This document shows positions 38,647 to 46,987 of a stretch of 52,763 nt of DNA, piece by piece. Location: the NCBI GenBank assembly GCA_037441705.1, contig JBBIRR010000031.1, positions 1 to 52,763 of the forward strand, in the 5' to 3' direction. The notes beneath the pieces are model-generated. The model did not search any database. It was not told the DNA's origin and saw only the letters and a program-made list of their open reading frames with translations. Source of the DNA: Ignavibacteriales bacterium. GTDB taxonomy: Bacteria; Bacteroidota; Ignavibacteria; UBA10030; UBA6906. The position numbers and the translations under genes are program-made. Each line of letters opens with the position of its first letter. Position 1 is the stretch's first letter.

Positions 38647-39570
38647 TTATTTGGTTTTTGGTGTCGCACCAATTTGCACTGCAGTCGCCTGTTGGCTTGC
38701 AGTGTACAGAATTTTCAACTCCACCTTCTCGATGATGCCGCCCTTGTTCAACGTACACTCGATCTTTCCTTCTTCGGGCGAGAGGCGCGTCACGTAACCC
38801 ATGTACACCGGGCTGCCGGGTTCGAGCGTGCGGAACACATTCTTGTGATCGACGATGAACGCCTTTCCCGGAATTACGGCCTTCAACTCCGAACGCTCGA
38901 TTTCGACAAGATCTTCCTTGTTCGGCGGCAGATTGGTCGTGATCACCGGCTCGAAGGGGTCCTGTGCAAGATAGTTGGGCGACAGCGGCTGCTCGCTGCT
39001 CGGCCGCGCCAGCTCGGGGATGGCGGCGAAGAACGCATGCACCGTCATATCGAACGTCACAAGAAGCTCGCCGGCATTTTTATCGCTGGGCGGCACTTCA
39101 AGGCCCTTCATCGTCAGCGAGCTGATCTTGAACAACTTGCGACCGTTTTCGAGATACCAGAGGAACTTGTACAGGTTCATGTACGGTCCCTCGCCACGCA
39201 GGCTGTACACGTTGTAGCCGTAATTGCCCTTCTGCTGCGAGCCCATGTACACCATGTTCAGTTTCAGTCCGCCGCTTTGCTCGATGAGGGAGCTGAAGTA
39301 TTCATAGGTCTTGCCGGTAATGTCTTCCGCGGGGATTTCCTTGCTGCGGCTTTCCCATCGCTTCTTCGTCTCTGCCACCGTGTTGGTCAGCTCGTTGAAC
39401 TGGTAGATGAGATGCGGCGTGTTGCTCAGCTCTTCGTCAATTCTCTTGATCTCTGCTTCCATTGCGCGGAGTTTCTTCGGCAAATGATAGGCGCGCACGT
39501 ACGTTCCGACGCCGATAATCAAGAACAGCAGAATGGCGAGCGCGATGCTATTGCGAACTTTGTAGGACAC
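38647..39570 (-). CDS. PilO-like protein with PilP-like C-terminal domain
   Basis: TM helix, coiled coil, PilO core (IP...GEGPY.NL.KFL..LEN..KL), then DPF and LKAV...AFIVD...LEPG..V..GYV..L. GTG start with AAAGGAG RBS. Confidence 0.7.
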   Translation of the reverse strand: MSYKVRNSIALAILLFLIIGVGTYVRAYHLPKKLRAMEAEIKRIDEELSNTPHLIYQFNELTNTVAETKKRWESRSKEIPAEDITGKTYEYFSSLIEQSGGLKLNMVYMGSQQKGNYGYNVYSLRGEGPYMNLYKFLWYLENGRKLFKISSLTMKGLEVPPSDKNAGELLVTFDMTVHAFFAAIPELARPSSEQPLSPNYLAQDPFEPVITTNLPPNKEDLVEIERSELKAVIPGKAFIVDHKNVFRTLEPGSPVYMGYVTRLSPEEGKIECTLNKGGIIEKVELKILYTASQQATAVQIGATPKTK

Positions 39571-39594
39571 GATGCACTCCTTTCTTGTGTCGCC

Positions 39595-41163
39595 TTACTG
39601 ACCTCGCTGTGCTGTTGCCTCCAGCGACGGAATCTCCAGCGTGTAACGATAGACCGTCTCCTGGCGAATCTCTTCCGTGTTCACTTCCTTCAACAAGGCT
39701 CTGTTGAAGAGCGCTGCCAGCCGCGGGATTCGAATACGCTGCACAGCAAAACCGGTCATCGTTGCAGGTCCGCTTTCACCTGCCGTGAACTCCTTGACCC
39801 AAATGGAATTCAGGTCCTCCACGCCGTTGCTCAGGAGCGTCAGGGTTTTGGTGAACTTGTCTGCTCCGGGCACGAGTGAATCGTACAGCGCCATGGAGGA
39901 GTTGTAGCGATTCAACTCTTCCTGCAGGGATGAGATCGAGTTCATGAGCGTGGTGTTCTCGGCCACCTGGGCATTCTTCACTTCCAGTTGTGCTTTCTTC
40001 TCATGCACCTCCTGCTCCGTCTTCTGGATTTCGGTGGTGAAGAGTAATGTTGAACCAAAGATCGCGGCCAGAAGGAGATATCCATGCCAGGAGAGTTTGA
40101 ACCGTCGCTGTCCCTCGCGTACTTCGTCGGGCATCAGGTTCGTGTGATAGAACACTTTGTTCGCCGGCTCGAGAAACTGCCACGCGGCGCCGATCGGCAC
40201 TGCATAGTCGGAGACGGTCTCCTGTAACTCCGGCGGCAGCTTGCTCACATCCAGGCGCGGCGCCAGCAGGTAGTCCACCTCCTGATCGGGAAGCATCTGC
40301 TGGAGAAATTCCTTGAAGGCAATCCGACGGCTTTCGCCAGCGAGGATGATCCGGCGCAGGCGATGAATGCCAAGGTTGTCCTGCTCCAGAAGCAGACGGC
40401 TGTACACGGTATTCTGCAAGTTGGGCGAATCGTATCCTTCGCTGAGAATGGGAGCGAACTGGAAGAAGTTCGATCCGCGCATAAAAATGAGGCGCGTAAA
40501 CTCCGTCCCGACATAGATGATCACCGATACCTCATCCGACTCGAGGGTGTAATTCGCGCGGACGATGTTCATCAGCGAAAGGTCTGAACTTTCGATGCCG
40601 GCAATATTCGGCAGCCGCTTGCCGAGGAAGCCTTTGATATTATCCAGGAGATGGATAAGGGAGAGACCCTCCTCGCGCACAACGCACAGCAGCGTTCCTT
40701 CATCGGTCACAATCGAATCTACCGCGTCGGGTGTCGGTTGGAAGGTGCGAACGTTTTTCAGTTCCTCGATGATGCGTTCCTTCAACTTCTTGCCCTTCAG
40801 TCCGAACGAGCTTTCCAGATGGTGGTAGTAAATCGAAGGCTCGGAAATGCTGTAGGCCAGAGAGTAGGATTTCGGCTTCAACGGAGAGAGCAGGCCCAAC
40901 AGCACCGCGTTGTTATCCTCCTGTCCCTCCAGTGCGGCACCAACGGTTGATTCCATCTCGGGAAGTTTGAACGGATCTTTTTCATCGCCAACAGATACTG
41001 CTGCCTCGACCGTTTTCCGTTCTTCGAGCTTGGACACCAGCGTTGCCGAACGGAGTTCCTCGACGATGACTCTGCCCCGCCTGGCGCTTAACCGCGCGAG
41101 CTTGACATCGAGACCATCGATGAACAATCCTACGACCGACTTGCCACCGCCAAAGAGAGCCAT
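39595..41163 (-). CDS. PilM-PilN fusion protein
   Basis: Actin-like PilM start (VGLFIDG..VKLA; IILAGE; PIGAA), then NLMP, a TM helix, a coiled coil and IWV...MTGFA of PilN. Confidence 0.75.
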   Translation of the reverse strand: MALFGGGKSVVGLFIDGLDVKLARLSARRGRVIVEELRSATLVSKLEERKTVEAAVSVGDEKDPFKLPEMESTVGAALEGQEDNNAVLLGLLSPLKPKSYSLAYSISEPSIYYHHLESSFGLKGKKLKERIIEELKNVRTFQPTPDAVDSIVTDEGTLLCVVREEGLSLIHLLDNIKGFLGKRLPNIAGIESSDLSLMNIVRANYTLESDEVSVIIYVGTEFTRLIFMRGSNFFQFAPILSEGYDSPNLQNTVYSRLLLEQDNLGIHRLRRIILAGESRRIAFKEFLQQMLPDQEVDYLLAPRLDVSKLPPELQETVSDYAVPIGAAWQFLEPANKVFYHTNLMPDEVREGQRRFKLSWHGYLLLAAIFGSTLLFTTEIQKTEQEVHEKKAQLEVKNAQVAENTTLMNSISSLQEELNRYNSSMALYDSLVPGADKFTKTLTLLSNGVEDLNSIWVKEFTAGESGPATMTGFAVQRIRIPRLAALFNRALLKEVNTEEIRQETVYRYTLEIPSLEATAQRGQ

Positions 41164-41231
41164 ACCGGCGTGTTCCTATGCTGTTGTGTGGTGACTATTA
41201 TTACACATCTGTCCAGAAGTCCCGCTCCCGT

Positions 41232-42464
41232 TCAGTCGCCGATGGCATTCGCATTCAGGATTTGTTGCAAACGCCGCTTGTTATTAGCGTTCACCATCGC
41301 CGTTTCGAGAGAGATTCTTTTCTGCAAGTACAATCGTTTCAAATCTTGTTCCAGAGTAATCATGCCTAACTCGGCCGATTCGGCCATCATTTGGTAGATT
41401 TCGCCCGTGTTGTTGTTCTTGATTGCCGCCCGCACCGACGGAATCATCAGCATGATCTCTTTGGCAAGGGTCAGCTTGCCGTCGAGCGTCGGCACGAGTT
41501 TCTGAGAGATTACGCAGCTTAGCGTATCGGCCAGCCGCAGGCGGACCCGTTCCTGCTCGATCGGAGGCACTTCGCCGATGACACGGTCAATCGTTTCCAC
41601 GGCCGAGGCGGTGTGCAGCGTCGAAAACACCTTGTGCCCGCTGTCGGTGATTTCCAGAGCGGTGAAAATCGTGTCCGGATCGCGCATTTCTCCGATGACG
41701 ATGATGTCCGGGTCCTGACGCAGCGCTTGAATGGCGCCGTCCTTGAATGACAGCACATCGCGCCCGACCTCACGATGGCGGATGATGCAGCGATCGGGCT
41801 TGTGGATGTATTCGATGGGCGAGGAGATAATGACGATATGGGCATCCACCGAATGATTGTTCGCGTCGATGATACTGTCCAGCGTCGAGCTTTTGCCGGA
41901 GCCGGTGATGCCGGTGACGAGGGTCAGTCCCTGTGACGAATAGGCGAGACTCAACGCCTTGGTTACGTTCGGATGAAATTCCAGATTCTTATACGGCCGC
42001 ACCGTAGAACTGATCGCGCGCATGTTGAGTGCAAGCTGATCCAAATCGAAGTAAGCGTCCGCGCGGAAGCGGTACATCGTCTCATCCTGCATCACGGTAT
42101 AGGAGAAATCGAGATTGCGATTCTCGTAGAGGAAAAGCCGCTGGCGTTCGATCAAGACGCTCTGGATGAGCATGCTCGCCTCGTCCGGCGTCAACGTGGG
42201 AAGCTCGAGGTCGGGTTTCTTGTCGCCATAGACGCGATACCAGATGTGCCCCTTCGTGCCGTACCCGCCGAGATCAATGTCGGACGCGTTGATTTTCTGC
42301 ATCCGGACCAGAACGGTATCGAGCAGGCGACGCAGCGCCGTTCGCTCGGCGGGCGATGCCTTGCCGACAATGTCGCCGATCAGCATCTGCCGCTCGACTC
42401 CGGGCGCAGATGGCGGGATCGCTCGTGCCATATCCCGCAGCGTTTGGATGCCAATATCAATCAT
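41232..42464 (-). CDS. pilT: PilT/PilU-type retraction ATPase
   Basis: GITGSGKSST, PIEYIH, REVGRD, ALRQDPDIIVIGEMRD, GHKVFSTLHT, GMITLEQDL. Confidence 0.88.
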   Translation of the reverse strand: MIDIGIQTLRDMARAIPPSAPGVERQMLIGDIVGKASPAERTALRRLLDTVLVRMQKINASDIDLGGYGTKGHIWYRVYGDKKPDLELPTLTPDEASMLIQSVLIERQRLFLYENRNLDFSYTVMQDETMYRFRADAYFDLDQLALNMRAISSTVRPYKNLEFHPNVTKALSLAYSSQGLTLVTGITGSGKSSTLDSIIDANNHSVDAHIVIISSPIEYIHKPDRCIIRHREVGRDVLSFKDGAIQALRQDPDIIVIGEMRDPDTIFTALEITDSGHKVFSTLHTASAVETIDRVIGEVPPIEQERVRLRLADTLSCVISQKLVPTLDGKLTLAKEIMLMIPSVRAAIKNNNTGEIYQMMAESAELGMITLEQDLKRLYLQKRISLETAMVNANNKRRLQQILNANAIGD

Positions 42465-42485
42465 CGACGCATGCCCTCCATCGTA

Positions 42486-44276
42486 TCAGTCGTCCGTGGT
42501 TGCCGAGGCTATTTCCTCGAGCGTGGTTACTCCGCTCTTGATGCGCTCGATGCCTGAGCGCCGCAGCGTCCACATCCCTTCCTTGATCGCCTGCTGACGG
42601 ATGCCTTCTTCATCCACGTCGCTTCCGGATTTGACAATCATGGAACGAATGGCCTTCGTAAAATACAGGGCTTCATGAATGGCAGCCCGACCTTTGTACC
42701 CGCCGTTGCATCGCTCGCATCCCACCGCCTCATAGATGACATGCTTTTCGAGGTCTTCCTCCGTGAAGCCGAACTTCAGATACACCTCACGATCCAGCTC
42801 GTCGGGTTGGATCGGCCGCTTGCAGAACTTGCACAGCGTTCTAATCAAACGCTGCGCCACGATGATGTTGATCGCGTAGGCAATCAGGAACGGCTCAATG
42901 CCCATCTTGTACAGGCGCGAGACGGCGCTCGGCGCGTCGTTGGTGTGCAGTGTCGAGAAGGTCAGGTGCCCGGTATTGGCAAGCTTGATCGCGATTTCAG
43001 CGGTCGCCTTGTCGCGCATCTCTCCCACCAGCACAATGTCGGGATCGTGACGGAGAATGCCGCGGATTGCTTCGTCGAAGTTCATCTTCGGGCCGATCTT
43101 CAACTGCCGCGCCCCCTTGATGATATACTCCACCGGCTCCTCCACCGTCAGCACGTTCACCGTCGGATCAATCACAGCGTGCAGCGCAGCCACAAGCGTC
43201 GTACTCTTGCCACTGCCCGTCGGCCCGGTAAGAATCACAATTCCCTGCGGCTTGTTGATGGCTTTCTTGAACGCCTCCATCGTCGGGCCTTGCAGGCCCA
43301 ACTTGTTGAGGTCCGTAATCACCTTCCGATCATCCAGAACCCGGATGACGATGCTTTCGTACTTATGCTTGAATTCGCTTCCGACCATCGGCATAATCGA
43401 GACGCGGAAGCGAATCATGTGATCGTCAATCGAGCGCTGGATGAATCCGTCCTGCGCCATCTCGCGTTCGAAGCGATCGACGTTTTTTGCGCGATCTTTC
43501 ACCACCGCGGCAATGGCTTCCGGCAACGTATTCTCCTGTGCGTGCCAGAGCTGAAGGTTTCCATCAACGCGGAACCAAAACTCCGTTCTGTTCCCATCCT
43601 TGGGGACGATGTGAATGTCGCTCACGCCTTGCCGGACCGCCTCCACCAGACAGCCTTCTACGAGATTGACCAGCGCGCTCTTGCTGATCTCGGCCTCGAG
43701 CGCCTCCTCGTCGAACGCGTTCTCTTCCTCCTTGATTTCGAACGGTTCGGTTGCAGTCGTCTCAAGCTGGCGAAGGAATTCGTTCTCGACAGGCACCACC
43801 TGTTCCATGAGTCGCTGCAAGGGGCCCAGGCGCGTGTACGCGACTTCGTATTTCTTCGCGTTGAAGTTGCGTGCAACCAACGGGATGCGGCGGTCGGTCG
43901 GGTCGGCGGCAATGATGATGAGCTTATCGGGTTGGCGCTCGTCGTACTTCAGCGGCAGCATGCGTGCCTGGGTGAGCATGCCGCGTGCACTGTCGGGCAG
44001 TGTCTCGATAAGTTTGCGGATGAAGTCTATCCGCTGCTTGTCGATGTTTTCTTCTTCTAGCTTGACTTCGCGAAAGGCATACAGTTCGGCAACTTCCTTG
44101 AAGACCGTATCGTGGTCGATGAGGAAATCCTGGACGAGGATCTGGCCCAGGTTGCGCCGGTTGCGCTTGCCTTCCGACTCTTTGACCTTGAGAGATTTCT
44201 CCAGTGTCTCGTAGTCAATGATTCCTTTCTTAAGAAGTGTGAAGCCAATTTTGTCCGTAATGTCGACTGTTGCCAT
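42486..44276 (-). CDS. pilB: PilB/GspE-type assembly ATPase with MshEN-like N-terminus
   Basis: SDIH, QDG, GPTGSGKSTT, LRHDPDIVLVGEMRD, STLHTND, tetracysteine CKFC...CERC. Start at ATG 44276. Confidence 0.9.
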   Translation of the reverse strand: MATVDITDKIGFTLLKKGIIDYETLEKSLKVKESEGKRNRRNLGQILVQDFLIDHDTVFKEVAELYAFREVKLEEENIDKQRIDFIRKLIETLPDSARGMLTQARMLPLKYDERQPDKLIIIAADPTDRRIPLVARNFNAKKYEVAYTRLGPLQRLMEQVVPVENEFLRQLETTATEPFEIKEEENAFDEEALEAEISKSALVNLVEGCLVEAVRQGVSDIHIVPKDGNRTEFWFRVDGNLQLWHAQENTLPEAIAAVVKDRAKNVDRFEREMAQDGFIQRSIDDHMIRFRVSIMPMVGSEFKHKYESIVIRVLDDRKVITDLNKLGLQGPTMEAFKKAINKPQGIVILTGPTGSGKSTTLVAALHAVIDPTVNVLTVEEPVEYIIKGARQLKIGPKMNFDEAIRGILRHDPDIVLVGEMRDKATAEIAIKLANTGHLTFSTLHTNDAPSAVSRLYKMGIEPFLIAYAINIIVAQRLIRTLCKFCKRPIQPDELDREVYLKFGFTEEDLEKHVIYEAVGCERCNGGYKGRAAIHEALYFTKAIRSMIVKSGSDVDEEGIRQQAIKEGMWTLRRSGIERIKSGVTTLEEIASATTDD

Positions 44277-44310
44277 TGTTCGTTCTCTTATGGGGGTCGA
44301 GAAACATCGC

Positions 44311-45690
44311 TCAGCCCATGGCGGTGACGGACGATTGGTGCACGACGGAACCAAGCGCCGGGTTCTTCGGGCGCACGGTGGCCGTCTCGGACGAGACGAT
44401 GGTCAATGCCGTCAGCACAATCATGATGATCATGGAAATGAGCACCTGGATGTAGTCGATCGCGTTCCGCATCTTGTACGAAGTCTCCTTCTCATAGTAC
44501 TCCGCCAGTTGCAGCGCCGTGTGTTTCACCGTGCCCGTTTCGGCTCCCGAGTGGAATCGCGACAGGGCCGTTTTCGTGAACACGCCGCTTGCCTCGAACG
44601 CCTCGGTGATGCCGGCTCCTTTTTGTGTCATCAACGGCAGAGCGACGGTCTTGATCTGATGCTCCATGTACTTGTTGCCGCAGGCTTCCGCTGCCATACG
44701 GATCACCTCGATATTCTCGCCGGCACCGCTGTACAACGCGTAGAAGACACGGCAGAAAATCTCGATGCTGCTCTTGTGCATCAACGGACCGATGATGGGC
44801 ACCCTCCAGATATATCGGTCAAGCACGAAGCGTCCTTTCTCCGTCGAGAACCATTTGACAGCGATAATGGTCGGGATGAGCGTGACCAGAAGAATGATGC
44901 CGACATTCTCCACAATGAAATCGCTCATGGCCATCGTCGCCGCCGTCATCGGCGGAAGCTCGATGCCGAATTTGCGGAACAAGCCGGCCGTTGCCGGAAA
45001 GATGTAGCCGACATAGTAGACCACCGCACCGAACAACACGACGAGCGTCACGACCGGCATGATGAGAGCACTCTTGAGATTCTTCTTGAATTCCGCCTGC
45101 CGCTCAAGGAACTTGGCCGTGCTCTCGTAAATCTCCGCCATATTGCCGCTCTTGGATGCCAGGCCCAACATGTGAGCCGTAAACTTGCCGAGCACCGCTT
45201 CGTGCTTGATGAAGGCCCGTTCGCTATCCTTGCCTTGCTTCAGTTCGGTATTGATATCCTTGATCGTATCGCGCAGCGTTTTGTTCTGAATGTCGTTCAC
45301 CAACAGCTGCATGATCTCGTTAAACGGAAGCTTCTGGCGAATCAGGTCCGCGCTGACGCGCACGAACGTGACGATCTCTGTCGAAGGAGGTTTTGGTTTG
45401 AAATCGAAGAGCCGCTTCTGCACTCGGATGACCCGGTATCCCATCTTCTGCAGCGCTTCTTCCACTTCGCCTTTGGTAAAGGCCTTCTGCTCGCCCGAAA
45501 TGGGCTTCTCCGTACCGCGTTGCACTTTGTACACCCACGTGGCACGCGGGATAACGCTCAGCAGTTTGAACCGTCGCTGCTGGGCCATTTGTGCTGCTTT
45601 GCTTTTGGCAGCCTTCAACGTCTCAGCTTCTAACAACCCTTGCAGCGGTTTGCCGTCTGCAGTCACACCTTCGATTCTGAACTCGGGCAT
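44311..45690 (-). CDS. pilC: PilC/GspF inner-membrane platform protein
   Basis: Two T2SSF-type domains (SKSGNM...KSALIMP; GAETG...LAEYYEKE) and three TM segments. Confidence 0.88.
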   Translation of the reverse strand: MPEFRIEGVTADGKPLQGLLEAETLKAAKSKAAQMAQQRRFKLLSVIPRATWVYKVQRGTEKPISGEQKAFTKGEVEEALQKMGYRVIRVQKRLFDFKPKPPSTEIVTFVRVSADLIRQKLPFNEIMQLLVNDIQNKTLRDTIKDINTELKQGKDSERAFIKHEAVLGKFTAHMLGLASKSGNMAEIYESTAKFLERQAEFKKNLKSALIMPVVTLVVLFGAVVYYVGYIFPATAGLFRKFGIELPPMTAATMAMSDFIVENVGIILLVTLIPTIIAVKWFSTEKGRFVLDRYIWRVPIIGPLMHKSSIEIFCRVFYALYSGAGENIEVIRMAAEACGNKYMEHQIKTVALPLMTQKGAGITEAFEASGVFTKTALSRFHSGAETGTVKHTALQLAEYYEKETSYKMRNAIDYIQVLISMIIMIVLTALTIVSSETATVRPKNPALGSVVHQSSVTAMG

Positions 45691-45860
45691 AGCATCATCC
45701 GTTTACTGAAGTGAACTCCTATACAGAAAAGGCAAGCTCCCCCGTCTCTCTCCCCTGCACGTCTTACTAAGTCCCCCACCTAGCAAAACACAAGCGGAGC
45801 ATCCGGAGGAGTTACCTGAACTATGTGCGCGACCTACACGGTTGCGGAGGTGGTCAAACC

Positions 45861-46265
45861 CTAATTCAGGGTTTCCATGTACATACTGTCGGGCCAGACC
45901 GTGACCTGCACCTTCACCGGTGTAGCCCCATCGTTGCCGGTGTTGAAGCCTGTGCCGACAAGCAGCACGGACGAGACGCCGCCGCCAACAGGATCGGGGA
46001 TGAGTTGGTAGACAGCGTTTGCGTTCGTAGCTTCCTTCACAATGTGATTCAGGGTCAACCCGGCAAAGGAATGTGATCCACCGCCCAGGACAAGCGGGCG
46101 GCGCCAGTACTTCTGCGCCTGAACTGCAAAGTGCACCAGGTCGTTCGAGATGGAATCCCGATTGGTGGACGCAGCCTGGTCCTTGAACATACTCATGCCC
46201 ACGGCAATCATGATGCCGATCAGCACCACGCCTACCACAATCAGTAACAGTTGCTGCGATCCCAT
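45861..46265 (-). CDS. Pilin-like protein 2, without class III leader (MGSQQLLL...)
   Basis: About 22-residue hydrophobic N-terminal helix, then NRDSISNDL...AQKYWRRP..LGGG. Paralog of the neighbour, inside the pilBCT-secretin locus. In-frame TGA at 46287-46289 fixes the start. Confidence 0.75.
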   Translation of the reverse strand: MGSQQLLLIVVGVVLIGIMIAVGMSMFKDQAASTNRDSISNDLVHFAVQAQKYWRRPLVLGGGSHSFAGLTLNHIVKEATNANAVYQLIPDPVGGGVSSVLLVGTGFNTGNDGATPVKVQVTVWPDSMYMETLN

Positions 46266-46328
46266 TCTGGACTTCCCTTTTCTCGTTCAACGTGACGTAC
46301 GCGACTGGCTCCGTGCCTCAAGAACGCT

Positions 46329-46355
46329 GCGGGCTTCCTTGCTCAGGAAGCCCGC
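46329..46355 (-). terminator. Strong stem-loop between the two pilin-like genes (partial terminator or mRNA stabiliser)
   Basis: Perfect 11-bp stem GCGGGCTTCCT/AGGAAGCCCGC with a 5-nt loop and only a weak T tract. Confidence 0.6.
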
Positions 46356-46369
46356 TCACAAGAGTTGGC

Positions 46370-46777
46370 TTAATTGATCTGGTTGACGTACGTGCTGTCG
46401 GCAAACACGCTCATCTGCACCTGGATCGGATTGCCGTCCGTTCCCTTCTCGACGCCGAGGCCGCGCAGAACGACCGTTGTTGCCGTCCCTGCGGTGAGAA
46501 TGGAATACGTGCCGTTGGCGTTGGATGACTTGCTCGTGAGCTTTGCCAGGCCTGCTGCATCAGCCGTCAGCCCAACGAAGCTATTGCCGCCGCCGCCGAG
46601 CGCCTGAGGACGACGATAGTACTGCTGCGCGCGGGAGGCAAGGTTGACCAGGTCATTGGTCACCGCGTCGCGGTTCGCCGACACGGCATTGTCCTGGAAC
46701 ATTGTGATCCCGACGGCAACCGCAATACCGACGACGATAACGCCGAGGATGATCAAGAGAAGTTGTTGCTGGCCCAT
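46370..46777 (-). CDS. Pilin-like protein 1, probable major subunit, without class III leader (MGQQQLLL...)
   Basis: LLLIILGVIVVGIAVAVGITMF helix, then NRDAVTNDL...AQQYYRRP..LGGG. AAGGAG RBS 7 nt upstream; in-frame TAA at 46820-46822 with no alternative start in between. Confidence 0.78.
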   Translation of the reverse strand: MGQQQLLLIILGVIVVGIAVAVGITMFQDNAVSANRDAVTNDLVNLASRAQQYYRRPQALGGGGNSFVGLTADAAGLAKLTSKSSNANGTYSILTAGTATTVVLRGLGVEKGTDGNPIQVQMSVFADSTYVNQIN

Positions 46778-46864
46778 TGTGTTTCTCCTTACATGGTTTG
46801 TTGAGTGTGGATTGTTGGGTTACTGGTTTTCTTCCACGCTTGTATTTGTTCCTTCATTCATCGT

Positions 46865-46884
46865 TCAACCGTTGTGCCAGCGGA
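46865..46884 (-). promoter_or_regulatory. Putative sigma54-like -24/-12 element upstream of pilin 1
   Basis: Minus strand TCCGCTGGCAC-AACGG-TTGA; TGGCAC-N5-TTG spacing is exact, -12 is GA. Confidence 0.5.
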
Positions 46885-46987
46885 CAGCCGCTGCCGAAGG
46901 TCGGCCGTTTCGTCTCCGTTTGCGCATTTTCAGCGCGACGAGGAGGTAAGTTTAACTTCCGCAGCGTCATTTTTTCTTGCAAAAACT

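Noticed and set aside
45738-45780. G-rich tracts on the minus strand between pilin 2 and pilC, and GGGGTGGGTGGG at 49400-49411, as G-quadruplexes like the Neisseria pilE G4
   Set aside because: Each has only three tracts of three or more G, the second is largely the tRNA acceptor end, and there are no silent pilin cassettes.
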